DNA of 64,000 nucleotides from an uncultured candidatus Porisulfidus sp. (GCA_965215125.1 OZ244052.1:1952001-2016000); one strand, 5' to 3'; positions 41,802-51,799 are shown, counted from the stretch's first letter. Translations and numbers: made by a program. Notes: a model not told the origin generated them from the letters alone.

Positions 41802-42719
41802 ATGGAAGACAGAGACGGCTGGATATGGTACGACGGAGAGTTCGTACCATGGCGCGAGGCGCGTGTTCACGTACTAACACATACTTTACATTATGGAATG
41901 GGGGTTTTTGAAGGGGTCAGAGCATACAGAAGCGACGAAAGTACGGCGATTTTTCGTTTGCCGGATCATACCCAAAGGCTGTTCAATTCGGCCCGGATGA
42001 TGGACATAGAGATACCTTATACCGAGCAGCAGTTGAATGAAGTACAAAAGGAGGTATTGAGAAGAAACAATCTAAACACTGCTTATATACGCCCGATGAT
42101 TTTTTACGGTGCCGAAGGGATGGGCTTGCATACCAACGAATTGAAGGTGCATGCCATCGTCGCAGCTTGGGAATGGGGTGCTTATTTGGGAGAAGAGAAT
42201 ATACACCGAGGGATTAGCGTCAAGGTTTCTTCTATTGCGCGTTATTCGGTTAAGACCGCAATGTGCCGCGCAAAAGCGAACGGTTATTATATTAATTCCA
42301 TGCTGGCTCTTCAGGAAGCACAGCGGCACGGCTATGACGAAGCGTTGATGCCGGATGTAGACGGTTATCTTGCCGAAGGTAGCGGCGAGAATATATTCAT
42401 CTTGTCCAAAGGGGTGCTTTATACACCCGATCTAGGTTGCGTGTTGGACGGCATCACCCGCCGTACGATTATGGAGCTTGCGCGCACCGAATTAGGTTTG
42501 AAAGTAGTAGAAAAAAGAATTACTCGCGACCAAGCTTACATTGCCGACGAGGTGTTCTTCACCGGTACCGCAGCCGAGGTCACGCCGATACGCAAGATTG
42601 ACGAACGGCAGATTGCCGACGGCACGCGTGGTCCTATTACCGAAAAATTACAATCGCTCTATGCCGATGTTGTCACCGGACGCAACGAGCGATACCGAAA
42701 GTGGCTGGACTTCATTTGA
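41802..42719 (+). CDS. ilvE: Branched-chain amino acid aminotransferase
   Basis: HTLHYG-x-GVFEG, AYIRP, EGSGENIF, LDGITR, FTGTAAEVTPI. Confidence 0.95.
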   Translation: MEDRDGWIWYDGEFVPWREARVHVLTHTLHYGMGVFEGVRAYRSDESTAIFRLPDHTQRLFNSARMMDIEIPYTEQQLNEVQKEVLRRNNLNTAYIRPMIFYGAEGMGLHTNELKVHAIVAAWEWGAYLGEENIHRGISVKVSSIARYSVKTAMCRAKANGYYINSMLALQEAQRHGYDEALMPDVDGYLAEGSGENIFILSKGVLYTPDLGCVLDGITRRTIMELARTELGLKVVEKRITRDQAYIADEVFFTGTAAEVTPIRKIDERQIADGTRGPITEKLQSLYADVVTGRNERYRKWLDFI

Positions 42720-42732
42720 TACACACGACGAG

Positions 42733-44148
42733 ATGAGCGCGCTTGCCGACTTTTCCAAGTCTCGGGTATTAGTCGTAGGCGATCTGATATTAGATCGCTA
42801 CATACAAGGCAAAACTTCTAGGATTTCTCGCGAAGCACCGGTGCCGGTCGTACTAGCCGAAGCCATCGAAGAGCGTTTGGGAGGTGCTGCCAATACCGCT
42901 GCAAACACCGCCGCCTTAGGCGCACACACAACGCTGATTGGTTTTGTCGGGCAAGATGCCGCAGGCGAAGACCTTCGAAAATTGCTGAGCGACAACACGA
43001 TAAAAGCCGAACTGATAGAAAGTAAAAATGCCGAAACGATCGTCAAATCCAGAATTCTCAGTAAAAATCAACAGCTACTTCGTCTGGATAGGGAGAGAGG
43101 ATACCACGACGAGAAAGAACTCGCACAACTCTACGACTGCTATGTGGCTTGTTTAAGCGACGCAGATGTCGTCGTGTTGTCCGATTATGCCAGCGGGACT
43201 ATGCGAGATGCACAGAAATTAATAGCAGCTGCGCGTAAAGCGAATAAACCGGTATTCGTAGATCCTAGGCAAAGGAATTTTTATTCGTATAAAGGGGCGA
43301 CTGTGTTAACACCCAACTACGATGAATTCAGAGCGATTGTAGGCCGCTGCGACGATCTGCAGACCCTCGAGCGTTCGGGTCTGAAGCTCAAAGAAGATTT
43401 ATCGTTGACTGCGTTGCTTGTAACTCGCGGCAAAGAAGGTATGTCGTTGGTACAGAATGCCGAGCATACCTTCCACTTGCATGCCAAAGCTCGAGAAGTC
43501 TACGATGTTACCGGTGCCGGCGACACGGTCATTGCAGTGATGGCAACCGCGTATGCCTGTGGCTTATCGTTGCCCGAAGCCATGCGCCTTGCCAATCAAG
43601 CGGCGAGTTTGGTTGTTGCGAAGTCCGGTACCGCAACCACAAGTTACGACGAATTGGAATATAGCTTGCGACGCGAAGCCGATACCAAAATAGTCCGAGA
43701 ATTGCCGACACTGCTCAAACAAGTGGAAGAGGCACGCCGTAGAGGTTCGCGTATCGTAATGACCAACGGTTGTTTTGACATACTACATGCCGGTCATATT
43801 CATAGCTTAAGGCAAGCAGCGTCTTTGGGAGATTGTTTGATCGTTGCGGTCAACGACGACGACTCGGTGCGTCAAATCAAGGGAGAAGATCGACCGTTTA
43901 ATAATTTGGCTCATCGCTTAAGCGTGTTGGCGGAGTTGCGTACGATTGATTGGCTTATCCCTTTTTCGGAAACGACACCGATCGCGTTGATAGAAGCTAT
44001 CACGCCGGATATACTAGCCAAAGGAGGAGACTATAAAGTGGAACAAGTCGATGGTTATCAACATGTAATCGCCGAGGGGGGACAAGTGGTCATATTGGAT
44101 TATGTAGAGGGGTTGTCTACCACGAAATTCTTAGAGAAACTAACTTGA
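42733..44148 (+). CDS. hldE: Bifunctional ADP-heptose synthase (kinase plus adenylyltransferase)
   Basis: VGDLILD, RISREAPVPV, DVTGAGDT, TNGCFDILHAGH, KGGDY; ATG at 42733. Confidence 0.95.
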   Translation: MSALADFSKSRVLVVGDLILDRYIQGKTSRISREAPVPVVLAEAIEERLGGAANTAANTAALGAHTTLIGFVGQDAAGEDLRKLLSDNTIKAELIESKNAETIVKSRILSKNQQLLRLDRERGYHDEKELAQLYDCYVACLSDADVVVLSDYASGTMRDAQKLIAAARKANKPVFVDPRQRNFYSYKGATVLTPNYDEFRAIVGRCDDLQTLERSGLKLKEDLSLTALLVTRGKEGMSLVQNAEHTFHLHAKAREVYDVTGAGDTVIAVMATAYACGLSLPEAMRLANQAASLVVAKSGTATTSYDELEYSLRREADTKIVRELPTLLKQVEEARRRGSRIVMTNGCFDILHAGHIHSLRQAASLGDCLIVAVNDDDSVRQIKGEDRPFNNLAHRLSVLAELRTIDWLIPFSETTPIALIEAITPDILAKGGDYKVEQVDGYQHVIAEGGQVVILDYVEGLSTTKFLEKLT

Positions 44149-44149
44149 G

Positions 44150-46078
44150 GTGAACGGGCGAATACAACAGCTCGCCGTATCGGGCATGCTTATGCTTGCG
44201 TGTCACGGTGTTTTTGCAAACCAGCTATTACAAAAGCAAAGAACCTTATATCTCAAAGCCGAACAAACGCTCAAGCAAGGACACGGTGCTTTCTTTTCAC
44301 AACAGCGTGATTTGCTAAGCGACTATCCGTTGTACCCTTATCTGTTGTATCTAGATATGGCAAGACGCATCGCATCTGTGGAAACCAAGACCATCGTCGA
44401 TTTTCTAAATTTCTATGACGGCACACCGGTTGCCGACAAATTGCGCTATAAATGGTTGAAGCATCTGGTAACTAGAAATAATTGGCAACTATTTGCACAA
44501 CACTATCGGGCCGGCCGGTATTACTCGGATAAAGAACTCGCTTGTTTTTATGCGCAGAGTCTGCTACGGAGCAATCGTTTTAATGAACTACGTGCTTTGG
44601 CAAAACAACTATGGTTAGTCAATTTCTCTCAACCTTCGGAGTGCGATGCCGTTTTTCTATGGGGCAGACAAACTCGAGCGATTGACCAAGACCTGATATG
44701 GCAAAGGATTCTATTGGTTGTCAAAGGCGGTCGTTTGAGCCTTGCCGATTATCTCGCAAAGCAATTGGATGCCGATACACGCAAATGGTATGCTCTGCTC
44801 AAACAAGCCCATTCTCATCCGTTCAAAGCATTGGCAGAAATAGAAAGCCACTCAAAACATTCTCCATTTCTGCACCAAGTGCTTTTATATAGTCTGTGGC
44901 GGACACGAAACGAAGACTTACATAGAACGCACGCTTTGTGGAAAGGCATGGAGCGGTCTTTTAGACCTTATTCCGATGTCTACGAACACGCACGCAAAGA
45001 TTTAGGTATTTCTGCGTGCTGGCAATTAGAACCCGAGATAGGGTTGTACTATCTATCGTCCCTCGATGTTGCCGCTGCCGATGAGAATTTTTATCATTGG
45101 CGCATACGGTGTGCGCTTCGTTTGCAGAAATGGAAAACGGTTTTAGAAACTATTGAAGCATTAGACGAACCGAACCGAACGAGTAGCAGATGGCTTTACT
45201 GGAAAGCACGAGCACTCGAGCGTTTGGGAAGAGACGAAGAGGCAATGGCTACATGGAGACGCGGTGCCTCCGAGGCAAGTTATTACGGCTATTTGGCCGC
45301 CGACCGTATCGGCGCACCGTATGCGTTGTCTACCGTACTTCCCGAAGTCGAGCGAGCGACCCTAAACAAAGTTAAAGACTCGGATACGATGAAGCGAGTA
45401 TACGAGTTTTATGATATGGATAGGATTTTTGATGCCCGGCGAGAAATGCTATATCTGTTGCCTACAATGAGTAAGGACGAACGTCTAGGTATTGCTTTAC
45501 TATGCAGACAGTGGGGTTGGGCTACTTGTGCGATTGAAGCACTGAGCGACCCGATGTTTTGGCATAAAGAATTAGAGCTGCGTTTTCCTATGCCGTATGG
45601 CGATCTCGTCGCTGCCCAAGCTCGTCAAGCCGATCTGCCGGCGCACTGGATTTATGCGGTAATGCGCCGCGAGAGTGCGTTCATAGAAGATATTAAATCG
45701 TCGGCAGGCGCACTGGGTTTGATGCAACTGATGCCGGCGACCGCTCGTCGCGTTGCTCAAGGTGCAAAGCTAAGTTATGCCTCTAATCGGTCGCTATTGC
45801 AACCCACGCTGAATATGCGGCTGGGGAGTACTTATCTAAGGCAAATGTACCTCGTCAACGACCGAAATTGGGCAGCGGCACTTGCCTCGTACAACGCCGG
45901 CCCTCATCGCGTTAAAAAGTGGAAATCGCAATCACCGGTATACGATGCAGATATCTGGATAGAGACGATACCGTTTGTCGAAACTCGTCGTTATGTAAGG
46001 GCTGTTTTGTTCTATACGGTTGTCTATTATTACAAGCTCCACCATAAGGCGATACGACTGAAAACTCTGGTACAGTAA
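44150..46078 (+). CDS. slt: Soluble lytic murein transglycosylase
   Basis: Signal peptide, YPLYPYL, RRESAF, GLMQLMP, SYNAGP, ETRRYV. Confidence 0.9.
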   Translation: MNGRIQQLAVSGMLMLACHGVFANQLLQKQRTLYLKAEQTLKQGHGAFFSQQRDLLSDYPLYPYLLYLDMARRIASVETKTIVDFLNFYDGTPVADKLRYKWLKHLVTRNNWQLFAQHYRAGRYYSDKELACFYAQSLLRSNRFNELRALAKQLWLVNFSQPSECDAVFLWGRQTRAIDQDLIWQRILLVVKGGRLSLADYLAKQLDADTRKWYALLKQAHSHPFKALAEIESHSKHSPFLHQVLLYSLWRTRNEDLHRTHALWKGMERSFRPYSDVYEHARKDLGISACWQLEPEIGLYYLSSLDVAAADENFYHWRIRCALRLQKWKTVLETIEALDEPNRTSSRWLYWKARALERLGRDEEAMATWRRGASEASYYGYLAADRIGAPYALSTVLPEVERATLNKVKDSDTMKRVYEFYDMDRIFDARREMLYLLPTMSKDERLGIALLCRQWGWATCAIEALSDPMFWHKELELRFPMPYGDLVAAQARQADLPAHWIYAVMRRESAFIEDIKSSAGALGLMQLMPATARRVAQGAKLSYASNRSLLQPTLNMRLGSTYLRQMYLVNDRNWAAALASYNAGPHRVKKWKSQSPVYDADIWIETIPFVETRRYVRAVLFYTVVYYYKLHHKAIRLKTLVQ

Positions 46079-46097
46079 ATTTAGCAGATTGGATATT

Positions 46098-46245
46098 GGT
46101 CCATTCCCCTCCTATGGAGGGGTGGCAGGCTTCGCCTGACGGGGTGGTCGCAGAAGCTGGGCTGTTGAAAAAGTGCAGACATCGCACAAATCCAACCGCT
46201 TTGCGCCGTATAATTATCCAACCCACCTGTAGGGGCAGACTGATA
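46098..46245. repeat. Composite repeat, part flanking the IS110 right end
   Basis: CATTCCCCTCC module, GGGCTGTTGAAAA, and the half-hairpin GTAGGGGCAGACTGATA matching 5277-5340 in reverse. Confidence 0.85.
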
Positions 46246-46317
46246 TGATGCCTTATTAAAAGTCAAGTTATTTTATTCGTTTTTTATCTTTTTCTATCTC
46301 CTCTTCTGAGTATCAAT

Positions 46318-47304
46318 TTAGGACGCAGATACGCAACAATAATTCGGGTCAAACGGTTTCTTGTGCTTGAGTATTCCGTAAATGATACGCGTCAGTTTAT
46401 GGGCGCAAGCAACAATAACCTGCTTTTTGGTTAAATCCGGACGCCGCCGGCTTAACTGGTCGGCGAACGCACGGACGATTGGGTTATGAACCCGAGCCGA
46501 GAGTGCCGCCATAAATAGTGCGGTGCGCAGGTGTGCATCGCCAATTTTAGAGATGTGCGCCTTCGCCTCGTAGTTGCCGGATTGCTTGCGCATCGGAGTG
46601 ATGCCGATATAGGCGGCAAGTTGCTTTGGGTGTTGAAACGTATTATCATCAAAAGCTGCACATAGGGTGGCTGCGGTTTGAGTTCCGATTCCAGTAATAG
46701 AGCAGAGCAATTGATACTGCTGTGTGAGTTGTTCGTCTTCAGCGATGATTTCGTAAAGTAAGGCGTCACACTCATGGATTTGTTTCTGGAGGTGAGCGAG
46801 TTCTGCAGCTGCCTTCTTTTTGAGCTGCATACTGCGCAGCGTCTTTGCACAGTTGCTTAACTGCGTATGGGACTTGGTTAATTGCCGGCGCCATTTCAGT
46901 GTATCTCTCAAGGCGAATACTGCTTCGGTAGGCTGTTCCCAGTCTTGAATATCACCGACTGCAAATGCGAAGCGTGCGATGAGTTGCGCATCAACGCCAT
47001 CGGTTTTATTACGCATACCCAGCGTTTTGCGGTAGCTCGCGACCTGTACAGGTGGCACAATCGTGATGGGATGTTGGTCATAGCTTTCCATGCACAGGTC
47101 TAGCTCAAAACCGCCGGTTGCCTCAACGCAGAGGCGACACTGTTGCGCACCATGCTCGGTAGCCCAAGATAACAGTTGTTTGATGCCTTGGGCATCACTA
47201 CTAAATTGTTGCTCGGCAAAACTATTATCAGTGAATAATAGAGCCGCCTCTAAAGTGTCTTTAGAGACATCAACGCCAATCGTGACGGGTTGTTTGTTTT
47301 CCAT
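46318..47304 (-). CDS. IS110 DEDD recombinase (bridge recombinase type)
   Basis: GVDVSK, VEATG, KTDGVDA RuvC-like DEDD residues; SITGIG, G-x-x-P-x-x-x-QSG catalytic-Ser motif, ISKIG, A-x-AHKL. Confidence 0.95.
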   Translation of the reverse strand: MENKQPVTIGVDVSKDTLEAALLFTDNSFAEQQFSSDAQGIKQLLSWATEHGAQQCRLCVEATGGFELDLCMESYDQHPITIVPPVQVASYRKTLGMRNKTDGVDAQLIARFAFAVGDIQDWEQPTEAVFALRDTLKWRRQLTKSHTQLSNCAKTLRSMQLKKKAAAELAHLQKQIHECDALLYEIIAEDEQLTQQYQLLCSITGIGTQTAATLCAAFDDNTFQHPKQLAAYIGITPMRKQSGNYEAKAHISKIGDAHLRTALFMAALSARVHNPIVRAFADQLSRRRPDLTKKQVIVACAHKLTRIIYGILKHKKPFDPNYCCVSAS

Positions 47305-47344
47305 AATAAATTACTCCATAAGGGTTGGTTAATGAATGAAATAC

Positions 47345-47540
47345 TAGGTATCAAACACAGTTTAGGAAAGTATGACTACGCCGCCCAAACAGATGAATAC
47401 GAGATCTAAAGTCCCAAGCTGCCTTTCGAGCTCTATAGTCATAACGCCGGAGGAGTGCTTTTCATACCATCAGGCTTTAATGCCTCGTCCGTCCTGCAGC
47501 GTGTCTCCTCCGACTTCCTAGGCACTGCATCTACCTAAGC
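47345..47540 (-). ncRNA. Putative IS110 bridge RNA in the non-coding left end
   Basis: Two stem-internal-loop arms (47514-47446 and 47443-47371) carry sequences matching the target and donor junctions; the ends are estimated. Confidence 0.75.
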
Positions 47541-47570
47541 GTTTATCTTATATCAAATAAGCCAGGGTTT

Positions 47571-47576
47571 AATATA
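47571..47576 (-). promoter_or_regulatory. -10 box (TATATT) of a split promoter; the -35 TTGACT is at 46266-46261 in the other IS end
   Basis: Circularisation gives TTGACT-17 nt-TATATT. Confidence 0.8.
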
Positions 47577-47580
47577 TCTG

Positions 47581-47795
47581 TCCGCCCTAAAGTTCCGTTC
47601 TGCACAGCCGTAACCGCTTGCGCCGTATGGTTTTGGTTTCCATAAATTGGATGAATGAATGTATAAATCGTGCAGGCGCAACGCGTTACGGGCAGAATAG
47701 AGCCGCCGATTGAGCCGGTAGGTCAATCGGCAATTCAATTGAAGTCCGCCCCTACGGTGTATGAAATACTTTTTCAACAGCCCCAGCGTATCTGC
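47581..47795. repeat. Composite repeat, part flanking the IS110 left end
   Basis: Reverse complement of 5170-5274, then a CCGATTGA...TCAATCGG hairpin, GTCCGCCCCTAC and TTTTTCAACAGCCCC. Confidence 0.85.
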
Positions 47796-47890
47796 ACAAG
47801 TATAGTGCTAGTCCTGACGAGACAAACTACCGGATTTTATGGTATGCTATAGTTTCTAGCAAGGTCTCGACGACCGAATAGGAGGGGAAA

Positions 47891-49747
47891 ATGAATGGTG
47901 ATTTACATAGTCTATCAAGAATAGTAAGTACATCAAATGGTTATCTGAGATTTAATCACAGCACCGGTAATCTGCAGACTAACGGCGGTAATTTTCTAAG
48001 CAGACTGGTAGTCTGGATACGTTTCAAAACCAGTTCGAGTTATAGAAGTTCAGTCTTAGATGCCAAGCGTCGGATTATGGAATCGATGTTATCCGATAGT
48101 GTCTACGGCGAAGACTTTCGTCAAAAAATAGAAGGCTTAGATAGAAGGCATGGATTTTTCTTCAACGATAAACCTCTGTCGGCAAGAAAAGTACGTCGCT
48201 TTATAAATGATGTAACGCAAGATGTGAATCAAGTACTTCATCGGGAAAGGTCCCAGGAGGAATTAAGCAAAGGTTTGGTTGATTGGGTATGCGGCAAAGG
48301 CAACACCATAGCGAGCGGTGAGACTTTCGAAGATAATCTACATGCGATGCTCGTCGAGAAACTGCAAGATGAACATGGTATCACAGCGGCGGATGTCGAT
48401 CTAAAGGGGATAGGTGACGAGATCCATCAAGCCTCCTTGAATGATCGAGAAGGGATGGCGACTGTCACCGACGGTGCGCAAGCTACCGTGCATGTAAGCA
48501 AGGCTATGTCTCGTATTTTGGAGGGGCGTATTGCCGATGCACGCTCGGTGAACCAAGCAAAATTATGCAGGCGGTTATCTGTTTCGGGCTTGTCCGAGAC
48601 GGAAATGGACACGGTAAATGCGGAGATTGCCGCATCTAAAATTACAACGATGGATGAATTAGACCAACATGTAAATCGCTTAATCATACTAAAAGTAGAC
48701 GAGGAATTTCCGCAATTACTTCAACGAGCACAAGCGGAACAAGATTTTAACGGCGAACTTGCGCAACTATCCGAGCTGAGGGCACAATTAAAAGAAGAGC
48801 TTACACGGCAGAGCGATCATCGGATGTTGTCGATGCAGGCTGCCCGCGACAAAGTCGGTCAATTATTAAATCGTTGGCTTGAAAACAAGCAACAAGCGAT
48901 CGCCGCAGCGCAAGAGAGTCGACACACAAGCATAGTCGATGTATTAACCAAACTTGCATTACAGGAACCTCGGGCGCGCAAAGAGCATATTCAATCTTTT
49001 AGACAAACGATAGAGCAGACCTTGGATGAGATTTACGAAAAAAACCGTTCCGATTATGAAGCACTCAATGTTGCTAAGGCAAAACTTTTCTCCATGTTAT
49101 ATAAATTTGATCGCCGAGAAGTATTATTGAAGCGTTTGCAGGATTTGGTTAAAGAGACGCAAACGGCAAGTTCTCTGTTTGAAGACGATATTCGGCAAGT
49201 TCCGGACATTAAAGGCGTGGCTAAAAGATATGTTGAATCGGTGAGTAAGCCCATGGTACGAAGCCACGCAAAGGTGTCGGCTTTAAGAGGAAGAATTCCG
49301 GATTATATTTTCCATACCATGCTGGAGAAAGTAAGCAAGGGTTATGTATGGGAACCGAGGTTTGTTTCTGCGGCAAACGGGATGCACATAGCCAACCTGA
49401 CTAAAAAGGAAAACGAAGGGCTTTATGCGTTATTGGACTCACCGCAAGTTGCGCGAAAAAGAATAGGTAGCAGGGAAGACTTCGTTAGTTTTAGCTTAGA
49501 CGATTTACTCAAATCGATGCTGGGTCCTAAAAACATAGATAATCACAAAAAAAGGAGACAAGCCATAGATCAAGTGGTGCCCGACGAAGTTAAAGTCAAA
49601 CTGTTGGATGAATTGGATCGTCAGTTGTTGATGGTACGGAGCAGGGTTATGGATGAAGAAGATGCGAATGCTTTATTTGAAAGAGGAACGGTTAGATTTT
49701 TACGCGCCCAAGACATTAATTTTGAAGCGATGACCGCAAAGGAATGA
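47891..49747 (+). CDS. Large helical hypothetical protein, paralogue 1 (candidate secreted effector)
   Basis: 618 aa with GGAGG RBS; shares N- and C-terminal blocks with the next two ORFs. Confidence 0.75.
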   Translation: MNGDLHSLSRIVSTSNGYLRFNHSTGNLQTNGGNFLSRLVVWIRFKTSSSYRSSVLDAKRRIMESMLSDSVYGEDFRQKIEGLDRRHGFFFNDKPLSARKVRRFINDVTQDVNQVLHRERSQEELSKGLVDWVCGKGNTIASGETFEDNLHAMLVEKLQDEHGITAADVDLKGIGDEIHQASLNDREGMATVTDGAQATVHVSKAMSRILEGRIADARSVNQAKLCRRLSVSGLSETEMDTVNAEIAASKITTMDELDQHVNRLIILKVDEEFPQLLQRAQAEQDFNGELAQLSELRAQLKEELTRQSDHRMLSMQAARDKVGQLLNRWLENKQQAIAAAQESRHTSIVDVLTKLALQEPRARKEHIQSFRQTIEQTLDEIYEKNRSDYEALNVAKAKLFSMLYKFDRREVLLKRLQDLVKETQTASSLFEDDIRQVPDIKGVAKRYVESVSKPMVRSHAKVSALRGRIPDYIFHTMLEKVSKGYVWEPRFVSAANGMHIANLTKKENEGLYALLDSPQVARKRIGSREDFVSFSLDDLLKSMLGPKNIDNHKKRRQAIDQVVPDEVKVKLLDELDRQLLMVRSRVMDEEDANALFERGTVRFLRAQDINFEAMTAKE

Positions 49748-49829
49748 TGCCGAGTTATGAATTTTTGCTTGCAATATGTGGAATAACGGGGCTTGAAGAC
49801 AACAACAATTTCCTAAATAGGAGGGTGAT

Positions 49830-51734
49830 ATGAATGTAATAAATTTACAATCTTTAGTGCAGATGATCAATCGATCACACGGTTATATCGGTTTAGACCG
49901 ATCGACGGAGGAATTGAAGACCGAGGGAACTCATTTTATAGGCAAGGTAGTCACTTGGGTGCGTTTTAGGTTTAATAAAGATTATAGAGAAGCGGCTTTG
50001 CTCGCCAGAGGCAAAGTAAAGGATTTGCTATCGAATGATCCGTTGCACGGCAAGGATTTCAAGGCAAGAATAAACGAATTAGATCCTCAAGGCAGTATTT
50101 TCTATAAAGATAAACCATTGTCGGCTAGAAAAGTGTATCGCTTTATCAGCGATGTACAGCGGAATGCAACGGAAAAAATCGACCTAGCACAAGGATGGAT
50201 AGACTGGTACAGCGGCAAAGCCGAGTCGATGTCAAGTAGAGAGCGTTTTGATAATAAGGCGGAAGCTATGCTTAGAGAAAAGATTAAAGGTCGGAGAGGT
50301 ATTTCGGTTGAGGATGTCACTTTAATATTTCTAAGCGATGAGGTCAATAGACAGGCTCGGGACGACACAGCGGGAATTAAAACGATAGTGGATCAGGCTG
50401 ATGATCAGCAGGCGCAATATGCGCAAAGGTATGTAGATCGGATACTGTCGGAGGCATTGGATCGGCGCATCGATGATGCTCGTCTAGAATTACAAAACGA
50501 ATTAAACGGATATCTTGAGGCTTCCGGTTTAGACGGTGAAATAAAGCAAGCGATAACGACGGAGATTGCCGATGCAACGATAGCGACAACCGGCGAGTTA
50601 AAGACGCGCGTCAACGAAGCCGTCGTCAAGCAGATAGGCAATGAGTTTGAAGGTTTGCTTGCGCAAGTGCGAGAAGATCACCAATTTAGCGAACGGCTCA
50701 CGCAGTTGCCGGAAGTCCAACAGCAATTACAGACGAAGCTCGCACAGCAGAATCAAGGTCGGATATTATCGGTTAAAGGAGCACGCATGCAAGCAACCCG
50801 GCTATTAAGCCAATGGGTATTAGGCAAAAAAGAAGCCATCGTGGCACTTGAACACGCTCAATACGCCGGTATGGATGATTTGTTGAAGAAATTGTTGCTA
50901 CAGAACCCTTATTTAGGGAAGCCGCAGATTGAATCTATACAACGAGACATGGAACAAACATTGGATGAGATTTATGACAAAGACGCAGAAGCCTGCCAAG
51001 CCCTAGGATTGGATAAGGGAAAAATTTTATCTAAGATGCATCAGTCTGTTCGCCGCAATATACTATTTGAACGCCTTAAAGAGCTATCTAATTGGGCACC
51101 CAAACCAGACTCTTTGTTTGACGGCAAGAATTGGGGATTAACAGGCGTTAAGACTGCGGTGCGAAATTATACCGAAGATATCGTTGCTCCCTTGCTCGAC
51201 AGTTATAAGAAAGTATCAAGCCTAAAGGGCAAGATACCGAATCGTATTTATGAAACTTTAATGCGGGAAGCCGGCAAAGGTGCCCGGTTGGAACCTGAAT
51301 TTATATCCATAGCAAATCAGATGCATATTAACACCTTGACCGATAACAATTATAGTGGGTTTTATAGATTATTACAGACACCGGAAGTTGCTAAAAAGAG
51401 GATAGGTAGTAAGGATAGTCTCGAAGATTTCACCTTAGACGATCTGCTCAAAGTAATGCTATCCGCTAAAGATATTCGTAATCCCGAGAAAAGACGGCAG
51501 GCGATAGATAGGCTAATACCCTCTATGGCGAGAGATCAATTATTGGACAAATTGGAGGCGCAGTTGGGAATGGTAAAGAGTAGGATAATGAATGAAGAGC
51601 ATGTCACCGCTTTATTTCAAAGAGGTGCAAGCAGTTTTTTACGAGACTTAAAAATTAATTTTGAACACCGAGTCGCAACCGCCCCGGCAGAATCGCCGAA
51701 GGATTCCATTGTTCGTTATGAGACACCTGTCTAG
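49830..51734 (+). CDS. Large helical hypothetical protein, paralogue 2 (candidate effector, ends RYETPV)
   Basis: 634 aa with GGAGG RBS; colinear with paralogue 1. Confidence 0.75.
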   Translation: MNVINLQSLVQMINRSHGYIGLDRSTEELKTEGTHFIGKVVTWVRFRFNKDYREAALLARGKVKDLLSNDPLHGKDFKARINELDPQGSIFYKDKPLSARKVYRFISDVQRNATEKIDLAQGWIDWYSGKAESMSSRERFDNKAEAMLREKIKGRRGISVEDVTLIFLSDEVNRQARDDTAGIKTIVDQADDQQAQYAQRYVDRILSEALDRRIDDARLELQNELNGYLEASGLDGEIKQAITTEIADATIATTGELKTRVNEAVVKQIGNEFEGLLAQVREDHQFSERLTQLPEVQQQLQTKLAQQNQGRILSVKGARMQATRLLSQWVLGKKEAIVALEHAQYAGMDDLLKKLLLQNPYLGKPQIESIQRDMEQTLDEIYDKDAEACQALGLDKGKILSKMHQSVRRNILFERLKELSNWAPKPDSLFDGKNWGLTGVKTAVRNYTEDIVAPLLDSYKKVSSLKGKIPNRIYETLMREAGKGARLEPEFISIANQMHINTLTDNNYSGFYRLLQTPEVAKKRIGSKDSLEDFTLDDLLKVMLSAKDIRNPEKRRQAIDRLIPSMARDQLLDKLEAQLGMVKSRIMNEEHVTALFQRGASSFLRDLKINFEHRVATAPAESPKDSIVRYETPV

Positions 51735-51799
51735 TTGGGAGTTTCCGTCATTCAATCGTTCATTTGACATTGCGAGATTATTAGCCGAGGAGGGGAAAC

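Larger units (their letters stand above)
46248..47578 (-). mobile_element. Complete IS110-family element flanked by a duplicated CA core
   Basis: Minus-strand junctions AGGGCGGA-CA|GATATATT and TAAGGCAT|CA-TATCAGTC versus the empty site AGGGCAGA-CA-TATCAGTC at 5267-5284; no terminal IRs. Confidence 0.92.

Noticed and set aside
42541-42732. N-terminal extensions of hldE (also pabB, nusA, truB, mfnB) in the ORF track
   Set aside because: They overlap upstream genes or repeats; family homology starts at downstream ATGs.
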